A DNA stretch of 64,000 bases, taken from positions 8,604 to 72,603 of the forward strand of contig JBKSMS010000011.1 in the NCBI GenBank assembly GCA_046881825.1, written 5' to 3'. The stretch's first letter is position 1. The number at the start of each line of letters is the position of its first letter. The DNA is from Alphaproteobacteria bacterium (lineage in GTDB: Bacteria; Pseudomonadota; Alphaproteobacteria; Rs-D84). The position numbers and the translations under genes were made by a program. The notes below the pieces were generated by a model. That model ran no database searches and was not told where the DNA came from. It saw only the letters and a list, made by a program, of their open reading frames with translations. Below are positions 8,566 to 18,533 of this stretch, piece by piece.

Positions 8566-11500
8566 TTATATTCCTAATCTGTGATGTAATTTGAACATAA
8601 ACAACGATTCGTTTCCAAACGCATCTGTATTATTAGGATTTACACGATATATAAATCCAACACCCGCATCAGTCCATTTTCCAAGTGGTGTTTTATAAGA
8701 CGAAGAAAATCTTAATTCACGTTTTTGTTTCGCCAAATCTATGTATTCAACATGTGGATTATTCACAGCAACTTCAAAATTACCATCATTTTCAACGACA
8801 CTGTATTCCGCATAATCATATCCCATCTTACCCGACACAGTCGCCAAAGGCATCGCCGCGGTAAAATTGAATCCGCCAACATCAGCACCAATCGCAAACG
8901 CATTTGATTTTATATCCGAAACATCACTTATTATTCCGCCAATCGTATCAACACGCGTATCAGCAAATGTTCCGCGCATTGTTAATTTTACCCGTTCAAA
9001 AGGTTTATATGCCACAACAGCATCAATATATTGTGTATCACCACCGCGCATTGTTAAAATACCATCACTATACATACCCAACACAGTATTCGTTTCATGT
9101 AAATTACCAACAGCCACATTAAACGCGAATTTATCCGTTTTATATCCTGTATCTATCGCTACACCATTTGCAAAACCCAAACGCGCTGGTTCAAATTGTG
9201 ATGAAATCGCAGGATCATTTTCCAACAAATTTTCATCTGTTATCGTTCCAGAAAAAGCACGTGTTCCAAATGCAAAATTTCCGATTTTATATTTTGCCCC
9301 ACTTGCCACAGAATTAGAAACCAAAGATAACACCCCGTTTGCCCGACCAGAAAAACGCGATTCGCCATCTGTTAAAAATCTTTGATATTCTGCATCAATA
9401 TCATATTTTTCATTGTTGAACGCAATACGCAAATTATCCAGACCATTTAAATTATCATTATAGGCACGTGGTGACAAAGCCATACCAAAAGTGAAATTAC
9501 CAATTTGATTTGTTCGTCTGTTCGCAGAATCAACAGCAAAATCAGCCAACACATCGCCCATATAAAGCCCATGTTTTGAATCAGTATCCGAAACAAAATT
9601 CATATTCCAAATACGTGGCAAAGATATTTCGCCATCTGCGCTTTGCAACACATCGTAAAACGCGGTTTTAATTGCACCCTTGCCTGTCAAAGACAACACA
9701 GACGAAGCACGCGGATTAGTGCTGTTTGATGTGCCATCACCCCAATAAGCTTTATTATTTCCAGAAACAATTGTATTTTTGTCAGAACTATAAAAATAGA
9801 TATTTGTGCCCGGTCTTGTTGCGCGTTCCAGATTTATCATCCCATATCCAAAAACAGTCTTGAATTTTTCAAGATATTGCGCATCAGGCGAATCGATTGG
9901 CAAAGTATAATTTTTTCTTAAATAAGTAATCAAATCAGCAGTTTTTTCCCATCTTGAATTTGTTTCTGGATTTGTCCCCAGATATGGTCCATCAGCGGTC
10001 AATGCCAACAACAAAAATATTTCTTTTGGTGTCATATAATCAAACGCACTTTTGACCAGCGCAACCGAACCCGCCATCGCCGCAGTTGCTTCTAAATCTG
10101 TCGCACCAGGGGCTGAAAAACACCATGGATTCATTGCACCATCATTACCGTTTCCCGTCAAACCACAAACACGCGAAGAATAAATTGTTGAACTGTCGTT
10201 TGGATCTGCCCAAGTCGATAATTCCAAAGTCCCCGCGTTTTCAGCAGAATAGTCACCGATACCATCATCTTTGGTCCCGTCTGCTGGCCGAACAGCGACA
10301 ACTGTCATGAATAAATTTTGCAAGTTATTATATGCAACCGGGGCAAAATTTTCAAAAGTCGCATCCTTTGGGGATAAAGTTCCGCCGGTCAAAATAGAAC
10401 GTCCCGCAGGATTAACCAAAATTTGATTTGCATATTTTCCCAAATTTGTAAACGCTAAATTCGCAGCAGTCGAAGGCATAAGCACATTAGTATCTGTATC
10501 ATCAGCCGTATTCAAATTATAATAATCATCAATCAATTTTAAAAAGTGAGTATTGTTTATAGCATAACCAATTTTTGCGTCATCAACAGTCGCATATCCC
10601 AAACCAGTCGCTGCACTTGGCAAAGACAAATTCACAATAACATTAGACATATCCAAAACATTCATCAACGGGTTATACACCGCATTATAAATCGCAGTAT
10701 AATTTTTGTAATCTGCTGGCGAAGTTGATAATTCTTTTGATAAATTCAAATTTGTCCCTTCGAATAAATACATTTGATTAGTATTACCGTCAGCATTTGA
10801 ATCTATGAATAATTTATCACCAACCAAATAACCATGATAAGTATCATCACCCAAAGTAGCAACAAACGCATTTCCGTTGACACTGGTCACCGTTAATGTT
10901 CCGCCAAATAAATTAAAAGTATCACCAACCGCCAATGTTTCCCCAGCGATATTATAAGTCCCAGAAGCAGGCGCGCTTGGATCGACCCAACTGGTCCCTG
11001 CCCCCGTCTTATACACAGTTAATTGCCCGTTCGGGATAAAACCATAAAAATCAGGTGTTGCGCGTTCACCCGCCTGCCACCCGGCTATTATTTTCGCCAA
11101 CTTAGATTCAGCAGTCGTTGCCAAACCAAATACCGTCCCGCTTCCCGACAAATCAAAAGCCGCATCTTCTGTGCCATTATCTAAATTATGATATTTATGA
11201 GAAGTCTTAGTCGCCGCAATCAGCGCATTTTGACAAGCTTCTGATTCAGAACCATTTTGTGCGCATATCGATTGAACAGTTGAAATTTGATCAGCATCAA
11301 CCCACCTTATTGTTCCGTCAATCGCGCTGCCCGTTGCGTTTACACCGTTTCCAGTTATCATCGCAACATTTTTTGGATTACCACCACCTGGTACAGAAAC
11401 ATACGGTAACGAAGCCAAATTAAATGGTGACAAATCACTTGCTAATCTTATAGTTTCCATTCCTAAATATCCGCGCGCAAACGCATCATAGGCATGCGAC

Positions 11501-12174
11501 GCCATCAAATAATTAAACACATCCGCATTTCCAGATATCGTGTTATTTGACATGTAATCAAAATCTAGCATACCTTCCCATGTTGGATATTCCGAAGAAC
11601 AATTTGTCCCGGTACATGCCCCCGGTCCCACAGGCAAATTTTGTGTAAATAATTTCGATGCTTCAGTTGAAGTTCCGCCACTATTTTCATTATTATTTGG
11701 TCTGTCACCATTTGTCCCAGATGAATGATGTCCGTTATCGTCATCAAAAATATTAGCCAACAACACAACGCCACCAACGACAGCCGCCACCCCAACCGCA
11801 GACAAAACAATTACATGCGTTGAAGAAAGCCCACTAAAAAAACCATATTCATTACCTTTTTTTGCGACACGCGTTCTTTGTTGATATTGCTTTATTTGCT
11901 TATCACAATCAGAAGCATCAGCACCATACATTTGTAAAACCTGAATCGCGCGTTTATCATTATTCATAACCGCAGTACAAACCAAAGATAATCCAGTTGA
12001 ATCGACATAATTCACATCAACCCCAGAATTGATTAAAACTTGGACAGTTTGGACATCACCGCGTCGTGCAGCGACCAATAATTTTGAAGCATCTTGAAAT
12101 TCACCAGCCACGGCAACAGATAACACACATGGTATCGCCAAGCAGAAAAATCCCAAAAATCTAATGAATTTCAT
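8566..12174 (-). CDS. Large outer-membrane autotransporter-like protein with N-terminal ankyrin repeats
   Basis: Signal peptide, then ankyrin repeats (LLVAARRGDVQTVQVLINSGVDVNYVDSTGLSLVCTAVMNNDKRAIQVLQMYGADA). A hydrophobic helix follows (VIVLSAVGVAAVVGGVVLLANIF), then a roughly 750-aa passenger and a C-terminal region of alternating beta strands (about 280 aa). Confidence 0.8.
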   Translation of the reverse strand: MKFIRFLGFFCLAIPCVLSVAVAGEFQDASKLLVAARRGDVQTVQVLINSGVDVNYVDSTGLSLVCTAVMNNDKRAIQVLQMYGADASDCDKQIKQYQQRTRVAKKGNEYGFFSGLSSTHVIVLSAVGVAAVVGGVVLLANIFDDDNGHHSSGTNGDRPNNNENSGGTSTEASKLFTQNLPVGPGACTGTNCSSEYPTWEGMLDFDYMSNNTISGNADVFNYLMASHAYDAFARGYLGMETIRLASDLSPFNLASLPYVSVPGGGNPKNVAMITGNGVNATGSAIDGTIRWVDADQISTVQSICAQNGSESEACQNALIAATKTSHKYHNLDNGTEDAAFDLSGSGTVFGLATTAESKLAKIIAGWQAGERATPDFYGFIPNGQLTVYKTGAGTSWVDPSAPASGTYNIAGETLAVGDTFNLFGGTLTVTSVNGNAFVATLGDDTYHGYLVGDKLFIDSNADGNTNQMYLFEGTNLNLSKELSTSPADYKNYTAIYNAVYNPLMNVLDMSNVIVNLSLPSAATGLGYATVDDAKIGYAINNTHFLKLIDDYYNLNTADDTDTNVLMPSTAANLAFTNLGKYANQILVNPAGRSILTGGTLSPKDATFENFAPVAYNNLQNLFMTVVAVRPADGTKDDGIGDYSAENAGTLELSTWADPNDSSTIYSSRVCGLTGNGNDGAMNPWCFSAPGATDLEATAAMAGSVALVKSAFDYMTPKEIFLLLALTADGPYLGTNPETNSRWEKTADLITYLRKNYTLPIDSPDAQYLEKFKTVFGYGMINLERATRPGTNIYFYSSDKNTIVSGNNKAYWGDGTSNSTNPRASSVLSLTGKGAIKTAFYDVLQSADGEISLPRIWNMNFVSDTDSKHGLYMGDVLADFAVDSANRRTNQIGNFTFGMALSPRAYNDNLNGLDNLRIAFNNEKYDIDAEYQRFLTDGESRFSGRANGVLSLVSNSVASGAKYKIGNFAFGTRAFSGTITDENLLENDPAISSQFEPARLGFANGVAIDTGYKTDKFAFNVAVGNLHETNTVLGMYSDGILTMRGGDTQYIDAVVAYKPFERVKLTMRGTFADTRVDTIGGIISDVSDIKSNAFAIGADVGGFNFTAAMPLATVSGKMGYDYAEYSVVENDGNFEVAVNNPHVEYIDLAKQKRELRFSSSYKTPLGKWTDAGVGFIYRVNPNNTDAFGNESLFMFKLHHRLGI

Positions 12175-12261
12175 TTAAACACTCTCTTCTTTTCAAAAGC
12201 TTAGCACAAAAATTAATTTCATGTCCAGAATTTTTACTTATGAAAATACGGTATTTTTTCT

Positions 12262-12290
12262 TTGATTTGATACACGATTTTTGATATAAT
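12262..12290 (+). promoter_or_regulatory. Putative sigma70-type promoter of the Cys-rich three-gene operon
   Basis: TTGATT, 17 nt, TATAAT with an upstream TG (TGATATAAT). It ends 18 nt before the ATG at 12308. Confidence 0.45.
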
Positions 12291-12307
12291 ATTCTGAAAG
12301 AGAGAGC

Positions 12308-13165
12308 ATGAAGTATCGCTTGTTATTTTTGACAGTAAATTTACTGTTCGCGCCAACATTGGTTTTTGGTGCCTGTTCTATTTCTAATTTAACAAAATGT
12401 TTAGATTCTGTTTGCGCGATAAATGTTGGTGCTAATCCTGCAGCACGATGTCAATATTGCGGTTCTGCTTCTGCGGGGACACCATCGAAATCAACCACAA
12501 TGAAAAGTATATCTGTCGGGGTGTCTTCAAAATACAATGTATCAGACAAAGAATTAAAAAGCGCACCAACAGACCCGGGTGAAAGATATGCCTGGGGGAC
12601 AAGATTATGCATTGAAAAAGTTTCGGGATGCAGTGCGGACGATGTCACAAACAATTACGATAAATTGATTGAACAATCGTGTAAGGCTGCGGGTATATCT
12701 GCTGAAATGGTAAATCTGGCAAAGAAAGCAAATGTGCAAAAAACGCAAACAACTTGTGCCACAGAAATAGAATCTTGCATGGTTGATGAAAAACATTGTT
12801 CTGCGAATTATAAAAATTGTAAAAGCGATTCAGATTTTGATAAATATTTTTCACAGTGTTCTGTTACATCAACTGGTTGCGAATCGTATTTGACTAACAT
12901 TCGTAAAACATTGATTGGCTTTCGTGCTAATTCTTATGCGAACGCTGAAAAGTTGTTAAAAAACATTGTCAACGCATATCAAAGTGACCGCAACCAAAGA
13001 TTAACAACAACCCAGGCGAATTGCAAAAACAACAAAGCGACAAAAGATTGCATCACCCGCATTTGCAACAACAACATGCGGAATAAATGTAGTGATAAAA
13101 ATGAACAAGCTGCGGCAGAATCATTGTGTAAATTTTACGATACTGCGTGCGAACGGTTAAAATAA
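12308..13165 (+). CDS. Secreted Cys-rich family protein (member 1)
   Basis: Signal peptide. N-terminal C-x7-C-L-x3-C-x11-C-x2-C motif (CSISNLTKCLDSVCAINVGANPAARCQYC), plus CSANYKNC and many further Cys pairs. Confidence 0.8.
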   Translation: MKYRLLFLTVNLLFAPTLVFGACSISNLTKCLDSVCAINVGANPAARCQYCGSASAGTPSKSTTMKSISVGVSSKYNVSDKELKSAPTDPGERYAWGTRLCIEKVSGCSADDVTNNYDKLIEQSCKAAGISAEMVNLAKKANVQKTQTTCATEIESCMVDEKHCSANYKNCKSDSDFDKYFSQCSVTSTGCESYLTNIRKTLIGFRANSYANAEKLLKNIVNAYQSDRNQRLTTTQANCKNNKATKDCITRICNNNMRNKCSDKNEQAAAESLCKFYDTACERLK

Positions 13166-13166
13166 A

Positions 13167-14516
13167 ATGGGCAAAGGGCAAATGAAAAAGAACAAAAGAT
13201 TTTTTTCAAAATTCATGACCGCGGCAGCAGTGTTTGCTTCTTTGTTCATGGTCTGTGATTTGGCAAATGCTGCGACACGCAGGTCTGGCCGTTCTGTCCC
13301 CGCTGCGCGTAAAAATATAACCGCAACTAAAACAGTCGCAACAACTCAACCGGTTGAACAAAATTCAGAACCAGAAACAATTGTTGAAACAGTTGAAGAA
13401 CCGGTCGTTACTGTCGCGAAAGAAATTCCAGAACAAATTATAATGAATAAATCGAATCAGTTTGAAAATACGATTTCTGACATTATGGAATCTGCCGCCC
13501 CAGATAATTCTTTTGCCGAAGAAATTCGTCGTCAGCGCGCGGCTTTGGCAGCCAGTGAATCTGAATCAACAGCAACGGGCAACCAACAACGCGCCCTTGC
13601 AACGAACAGTCACACTTGCGATGTTGGACTTCGTAAATGTATGTCTGAAATATGTGGCAAAGATTTTACAAAATGTGCCACCGATGGTGATACTGCGTTT
13701 GGCGATAAATTAGACAGGTGCCGTCGCAATACAGAATGCAGCGCAGAAGAATTTTCTTTGTTCACAACGGAAATCAAGGCTGACCGTGATGTTAATGTAA
13801 AGCTGTCGTCATATAATTCGGTTGTTGAATGTGGAAACAGTTATAATGCATGTATCATGAATGAATGTGGAACAATGTATAATAAATGCCTGGGCAAGAC
13901 GGCTGAAAATGCGGCGATTCAAAAATGTTCAACTGTTGCCAAAGAATGCAACGAAGCGGATTCTGGTTTAACATCGCGTTTTGGAACGGCAATTGGCAAA
14001 TTACGCGAAAATGCTGAAAAAGATATCAAAAAAGACGAACAACGTCTTTACGCACTGCGCGATTTGATGGAAAAGCAATGTAAATCATTGGGCGCGGCAT
14101 TTGACGAACGGTCTTTTGATTGCGTTTATACTGTGAATTTTTATGCGGGTGAAAACCAAAGCGCACCATTGGCTTCGCGCAAGGCTTATGCCGGCGATTC
14201 GTTTGTATGCATGCAAGAATGGTTTGGCGTGAACACAACAACGGCGCAAGAAAACGCGTATCGTGAAACACGCGCACAGACGGCGGCAAGTTCTGCTATG
14301 TTGGGTTCTGGTCTGGGAATGGCGGCGGGCGCAATATCATCTGGTGCAATTGACCGCGCCATCGATTTAAAGAAAAAATGCAAAGAACTAGAAGCAGAAT
14401 GGGAAGCAACACAAATGTCTACATGCAATGGCTCGTATTATGCTTGTGCCAAATTTTGGAAAGAAAAAAGTGAAAAACTGGACAAATTAGAAAAGGAAAT
14501 GGCTGAATGCAAATAA
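13167..14516 (+). CDS. Secreted Cys-rich family protein (member 2)
   Basis: Starts 1 nt after the previous stop. Hydrophobic N-terminus. Motifs CDVGLRKCMSEICGKDFTKC, CGNSYNAC, CGTMYNKC and the Gly-zipper-like MLGSGLGMAAGAISSGAI. Confidence 0.8.
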   Translation: MGKGQMKKNKRFFSKFMTAAAVFASLFMVCDLANAATRRSGRSVPAARKNITATKTVATTQPVEQNSEPETIVETVEEPVVTVAKEIPEQIIMNKSNQFENTISDIMESAAPDNSFAEEIRRQRAALAASESESTATGNQQRALATNSHTCDVGLRKCMSEICGKDFTKCATDGDTAFGDKLDRCRRNTECSAEEFSLFTTEIKADRDVNVKLSSYNSVVECGNSYNACIMNECGTMYNKCLGKTAENAAIQKCSTVAKECNEADSGLTSRFGTAIGKLRENAEKDIKKDEQRLYALRDLMEKQCKSLGAAFDERSFDCVYTVNFYAGENQSAPLASRKAYAGDSFVCMQEWFGVNTTTAQENAYRETRAQTAASSAMLGSGLGMAAGAISSGAIDRAIDLKKKCKELEAEWEATQMSTCNGSYYACAKFWKEKSEKLDKLEKEMAECK

Positions 14517-14562
14517 AAAAACAGCTTAAAAGAATAGAAATAAGTAATTAGGTTCAAATAAA

Positions 14563-15738
14563 ATGAAAACCATGTTGAAAATCTTTACAGTCCTATTTTT
14601 GACATTAAATATAATGCCGTCGATTGCTAATGATGAAAAACAGGCTTACGATAGTGCAAAGGCAACCGAACAATCAAAGGCTAATCGACTTTTGACTGCG
14701 GCGTCTTCTGTGGCAACGGGGATTGGCGGTAAGGAATTGGCACAAGGGTTGGCCGAACAAAAGGCCGACCGCGTGGCAGAACAAAGCATGTCCGCATATA
14801 TCGCAACAATGCGCTGTTCATACGGCAACGGCAAACAAGTCAAAGCCGGCACAGAAGAAATCGAATTACCCGGCGGTAATGATGGCAACATTATGAAATA
14901 CAGGGCTGAATATGTGACACTCGCTGCTGATTTAAAAGAACGCAAAACCGCGCTTGGGCTTAAACCTGGAATTGAAAGCGAAGAAATTTTGGATAAATCG
15001 CAAATGGGGCTTTACGATGACGAAAATATCGGTATAAGTGACGGCGCATACGCATCGCTTTACCGCGCACAAATGTTAGGTTCAGAAAAAGACCAACAAC
15101 AAATTGATGACGCAAAACAAACATCTAAAAATCGTGTGATTGGTGGCGCGGTCGCCGCAGGTGTTGGTATCGTTGGTGGTATTATCGGCGATGAATTAAT
15201 CAACCAATCATTATCTTCATCGACCAAAACAGCACAGACCTGCACTGAATCTGGCGGAACCTGGCAAGGTGGCAGATGCCATTGTCCAGATGGATTTATA
15301 CAGCACACAAAAACCGGTCCATGTTTTGAAGAAAAACCAACAGAAGTTCAAACAACGACCAACCAACAAACATCCGTCGAGCCAGGAAACTCTACCCCCC
15401 CCCAGAGACAGAATAATAATTCGTCAAATTCTAATAGCGGCAGTGACAATAGTTATGACAATGGTGATGATAATAGCATGAACAATGGAAATAATGGTGG
15501 CAATGGTGAGGATGATAATAGTTTTGTTAGCGATGAAATTAAACTTAACGAAAAAGAAGCTGACCCTCATCCAATTGAGAACGGTGCTGCCGAAGAAATA
15601 TCACAAAACCCAGAAAAAGCTGGACAACAAATTGTAGCTGTTGCACCTGAAGGTGAAAACAGCAATTCCAACAACCAACAAAGACAAGTGACAACGCGCC
15701 AACAACAAAAAAGCACCCCGTCTCGGGCGAGGAATTAG
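14563..15738 (+). CDS. Secreted glycine-zipper protein with an N/Q/S-rich tail (member 3 of the operon)
   Basis: Signal peptide, VIGGAVAAGVGIVGGIIGDELI, an EGF-like Cys knot CTESGGTWQGGRCHCPDGF...C, then a low-complexity tail rich in N, S, G and D. Confidence 0.75.
   Translation: MKTMLKIFTVLFLTLNIMPSIANDEKQAYDSAKATEQSKANRLLTAASSVATGIGGKELAQGLAEQKADRVAEQSMSAYIATMRCSYGNGKQVKAGTEEIELPGGNDGNIMKYRAEYVTLAADLKERKTALGLKPGIESEEILDKSQMGLYDDENIGISDGAYASLYRAQMLGSEKDQQQIDDAKQTSKNRVIGGAVAAGVGIVGGIIGDELINQSLSSSTKTAQTCTESGGTWQGGRCHCPDGFIQHTKTGPCFEEKPTEVQTTTNQQTSVEPGNSTPPQRQNNNSSNSNSGSDNSYDNGDDNSMNNGNNGGNGEDDNSFVSDEIKLNEKEADPHPIENGAAEEISQNPEKAGQQIVAVAPEGENSNSNNQQRQVTTRQQQKSTPSRARN
15395..15403 (+). repeat. 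C9 homopolymer inside the CDS
   Basis: tct acc ccc ccc cag encodes STPPQ. It is the longest G/C homopolymer I found in this AT-rich window. Confidence 0.9.
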
Positions 15739-15775
15739 CACCATTTAAACACTTAATGTTTTTCCGGGAAACAAA

Positions 15776-15804
15776 AACAAACACCCGCGGTTGCGGGTGT
15801 TTTA
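15776..15804. terminator. Bidirectional intrinsic terminator
   Basis: ACACCCGC-GGTT-GCGGGTGT flanked by A and T runs. Confidence 0.7.
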
Positions 15805-15823
15805 ATTTGAATCACAAAAACCT

Positions 15824-16465
15824 TTATTCTGCTTTGGCTTTCTTTGCATCAGGTTTCTTTTCTGCCTTTTCATCGGCTTTTTCTTCATCGCGGCTCTGTT
15901 CCACAGAAACGGCTTCTTCTTTTTCCTCATCGTGGCCCTGCTCTGCTGGGACGGATTCTTCAACTTTCTTTGTTCCAAAAGTCAATTTTTTACCAGCAAC
16001 CAAAGCATCAATTTCATCTTGAGATTGTGCAACATAAATTTTTACATCAACAACAACATCTGGATGCAAAGCAATTTTTGTATCAAACACACCCACAGAT
16101 TTAATTGGTGACCCCAACATAACCTGAGCCGATTCAACATCAACACCTGCAATCACTTTCAATTCACGTGCGATATCGCGTGAAGACACAGAACCATATA
16201 ATTGACCTGTATCCCCAGCCTGACGAATCATGTGTAATTTAGCATTTTTAACTGCATCCACCTTAGATTCAGCGGTCTTTTTCGCATTTTCATGACGCGC
16301 GACAATTTCTGCCTTTTTCGCTTCGAAAAGCGCAACATTTTCGCGTGTATAACGCATTGCTTTGTTATTTGGCAACAAATAGTTGCGTGCAAAACCTGTT
16401 TTCACTTCGACTGTATCGCCGATATTTCCCAATTTAGTAATTTTTTCTGTTAAAATAACTTTCAT
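15824..16465 (-). CDS. rplI: 50S ribosomal protein L9 with a long acidic/Lys-rich C-terminal extension
   Basis: MKVILTEKITKLGNIGDTVEVKTGFARNYLLP is the canonical L9 N-terminus. There is about 60 aa of extra E/K-rich tail. Confidence 0.95.
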   Translation of the reverse strand: MKVILTEKITKLGNIGDTVEVKTGFARNYLLPNNKAMRYTRENVALFEAKKAEIVARHENAKKTAESKVDAVKNAKLHMIRQAGDTGQLYGSVSSRDIARELKVIAGVDVESAQVMLGSPIKSVGVFDTKIALHPDVVVDVKIYVAQSQDEIDALVAGKKLTFGTKKVEESVPAEQGHDEEKEEAVSVEQSRDEEKADEKAEKKPDAKKAKAE

Positions 16466-16626
16466 TTTATCTGTCCTTTTTTTAAAAGTTAGAGTTTAAA
16501 AACCCAAACATTAATCTTTTTTATAAATTGGTAAGAATGGTATAGATGCGCCGTTGTTGGCAAGTGCAGTGTACAAATGTTACATAAACGCGCCAACAAC
16601 AAGCAGATATTCCATTATAACCAATT

Positions 16627-16854
16627 TTACCCAAGGTTGTTTCTAACAAAAGGCATCAATCCAAGATGACGTGCGCGTTTAATAGCAACCGCCAAAGCAC
16701 GTTGATCTTTTTGTGATACCCCAGAAATACGAGATGGAACAATCTTTCCACGTTCTGTGATATAATGAGATAATAATTTTACATCTTTGTAATCAATCAC
16801 TTTGCCCTTTAATGGGTTAGATTTTTTACGATAAATTGCTGCACGAACTGCCAT
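16627..16854 (-). CDS. rpsR: 30S ribosomal protein S18
   Basis: [50 protein letters not shown]. Confidence 0.95.
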   Translation of the reverse strand: MAVRAAIYRKKSNPLKGKVIDYKDVKLLSHYITERGKIVPSRISGVSQKDQRALAVAIKRARHLGLMPFVRNNLG

Positions 16855-17195
16855 TATGCCACCTCTTCTTCTGTAGATTTTTTCATCATAACGGATGGTG
16901 TAGTTGCCAATTCAGGAACACGAACGTTCAAGAAACGGATAACGTCTTCATTGATACGAGAACGGCGTTCCAATTCTGCAATTTGATTGCCAGGCAATTC
17001 GATATTGAACATCACATAGTGAGCCTTGCGATTTTTACGAATTACATAAGCCAAATTACGCAATCCCCAAAATTCGGTAGATTTTACATTGCCACCCAAT
17101 TCTTTGATAATTTCTGTAAATTTAGACGCTTTGTCTTTGACCTGCGCCTCTGTCAAGTCCTGGCGGAAAACCAAGACACTTTCATAATAAGCCAT
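16854..17195 (-). CDS. rpsF: 30S ribosomal protein S6
   Basis: [14 protein letters not shown]... is an S6-type N-terminus. The stop overlaps the rpsR start (TAATG). Confidence 0.95.
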   Translation of the reverse strand: MAYYESVLVFRQDLTEAQVKDKASKFTEIIKELGGNVKSTEFWGLRNLAYVIRKNRKAHYVMFNIELPGNQIAELERRSRINEDVIRFLNVRVPELATTPSVMMKKSTEEEVA

Positions 17196-17365
17196 TTTAT
17201 TTCCTTTGGTTTATATCAGCCGACAACCCCATGTCATCAGCAGGAACAGCACACATTATGAACATTTTTTGTCAAAAATCAAGTGTTTTTATATAGATGT
17301 GTTAAATCCCTGTTGACAGACAGTTTTATTTTTTACTATGCTTGTTATATACGGGGAATGGGCAG

Positions 17366-18508
17366 ATGAAGAAATTTCACAGAAATCTTAACATTATGTC
17401 GATATTTACGGCGCTTTTGCTGGTGTTGGTGCTGATTTTTTGGCGCACTTTTTTCAATATCGCGATAACAAATGTGTTTCTTAATGGCATAATTATCGGA
17501 ACAACTATATTTGGAATTGGTCTTTGTTTCGTCAGTATTTTCAGATTATTGCCAGAATACAAATGGATGCACGCATATTTTGATGGTCATGCAAATTATG
17601 GCTTTGTTCCGCGACTTTTGCGCCCTATTTCATCAGCTTTGCATAATCGACATGTTCAATTATCAACATCCAGTATGACTGAATTATTGGATATGGTTTC
17701 GATTCGTATCGAAGAAGAACGTGATTCGATTCGTTATATAACAAATACTTTGATATTTTTGGGATTACTTGGGACTTTTTGGGGATTGATTATAACGGTT
17801 GGCAGTTTTGCTGAATTATTGATAAATGTTGATTTTAGCGATGAAACAGTTTTGCAAACCATGCAGATGGGGATGGCGGGGCCGCTTTCCGGAATGGCAA
17901 CCGCTTTTACCAGTTCCCTGCTTGGCTTGGCGGGCAGCTTGGCTGTTGGGTTCTTGGGTTTACAATTACAATTCGCACAAAATACTTTGTTCACAGAATT
18001 GACAGATTTCATGTCCAAATATGTATTGCAAACACCTGGCGATTCGCATGCAAATGAATTATCAGAACGGGCACCTGTTGACGAATCCACTTATACTAAA
18101 ATATCAAAAATGTATGATGCTTTGACAGATGCCGGATATCAAATATCCGATTTGATAAGAATCAATGGTAAACATCCTGCAATTGTCGCAATTGGCACAA
18201 ATGAAAAGCTGTTTATTGCTACATTGATTGATGATTATGAAATTTTGCAAAATGCACTTAAACGGATTGAATTGTGCTTTGCTGATACTTTGGAAGGATT
18301 ACACATAGATACACATATTTTATGTATGACGAATAGAGATATTGATAGCAACGACAAACGAATACTGCGTTTTACAAACATTAATGCGTTCGAAAAGTAT
18401 TTAAAGTCACACAAAAATGTTCGCCCTTCGACGCAACAAGACAAGGACAATTTTGATGCGTATGCCGAATACATAAATACTGTTATGACATACCTATTCA
18501 AAAAATAA
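17366..18508 (+). CDS. MotA/TolQ/ExbB-family proton-channel protein with an unassigned cytoplasmic C-terminal domain of about 160 aa
   Basis: Start at ATG (MKKFHRNLN). TM helices plus the channel core LIFLGLLGTFWGLI...GMATAFTSSLLGLAGSLAVGFLGLQ. I do not recognise residues from about 225 to 380. Confidence 0.8.
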   Translation: MKKFHRNLNIMSIFTALLLVLVLIFWRTFFNIAITNVFLNGIIIGTTIFGIGLCFVSIFRLLPEYKWMHAYFDGHANYGFVPRLLRPISSALHNRHVQLSTSSMTELLDMVSIRIEEERDSIRYITNTLIFLGLLGTFWGLIITVGSFAELLINVDFSDETVLQTMQMGMAGPLSGMATAFTSSLLGLAGSLAVGFLGLQLQFAQNTLFTELTDFMSKYVLQTPGDSHANELSERAPVDESTYTKISKMYDALTDAGYQISDLIRINGKHPAIVAIGTNEKLFIATLIDDYEILQNALKRIELCFADTLEGLHIDTHILCMTNRDIDSNDKRILRFTNINAFEKYLKSHKNVRPSTQQDKDNFDAYAEYINTVMTYLFKK

Positions 18509-18533
18509 ACAATGAAGAAAGAGAGAGAAAACC

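Noticed and set aside
8867-9385. Long antisense or shadow ORFs inside large genes. Examples are 8867-9385, 33122-33652, 47232-47852, 36667-37023, 51781-52155, 62259-62693 and 3824-4420.
   Set aside because: Each lies opposite or out of frame to a well-supported conserved gene and shows low-complexity or skewed composition with no RBS. These are typical shadow ORFs.
10000-10150. Calling the large autotransporter an active subtilase (S8) protease.
   Set aside because: Only one subtilase-like stretch is visible, and the catalytic Ser position appears substituted (EATAAMAGS). I could not find the Asp and His motifs by eye.
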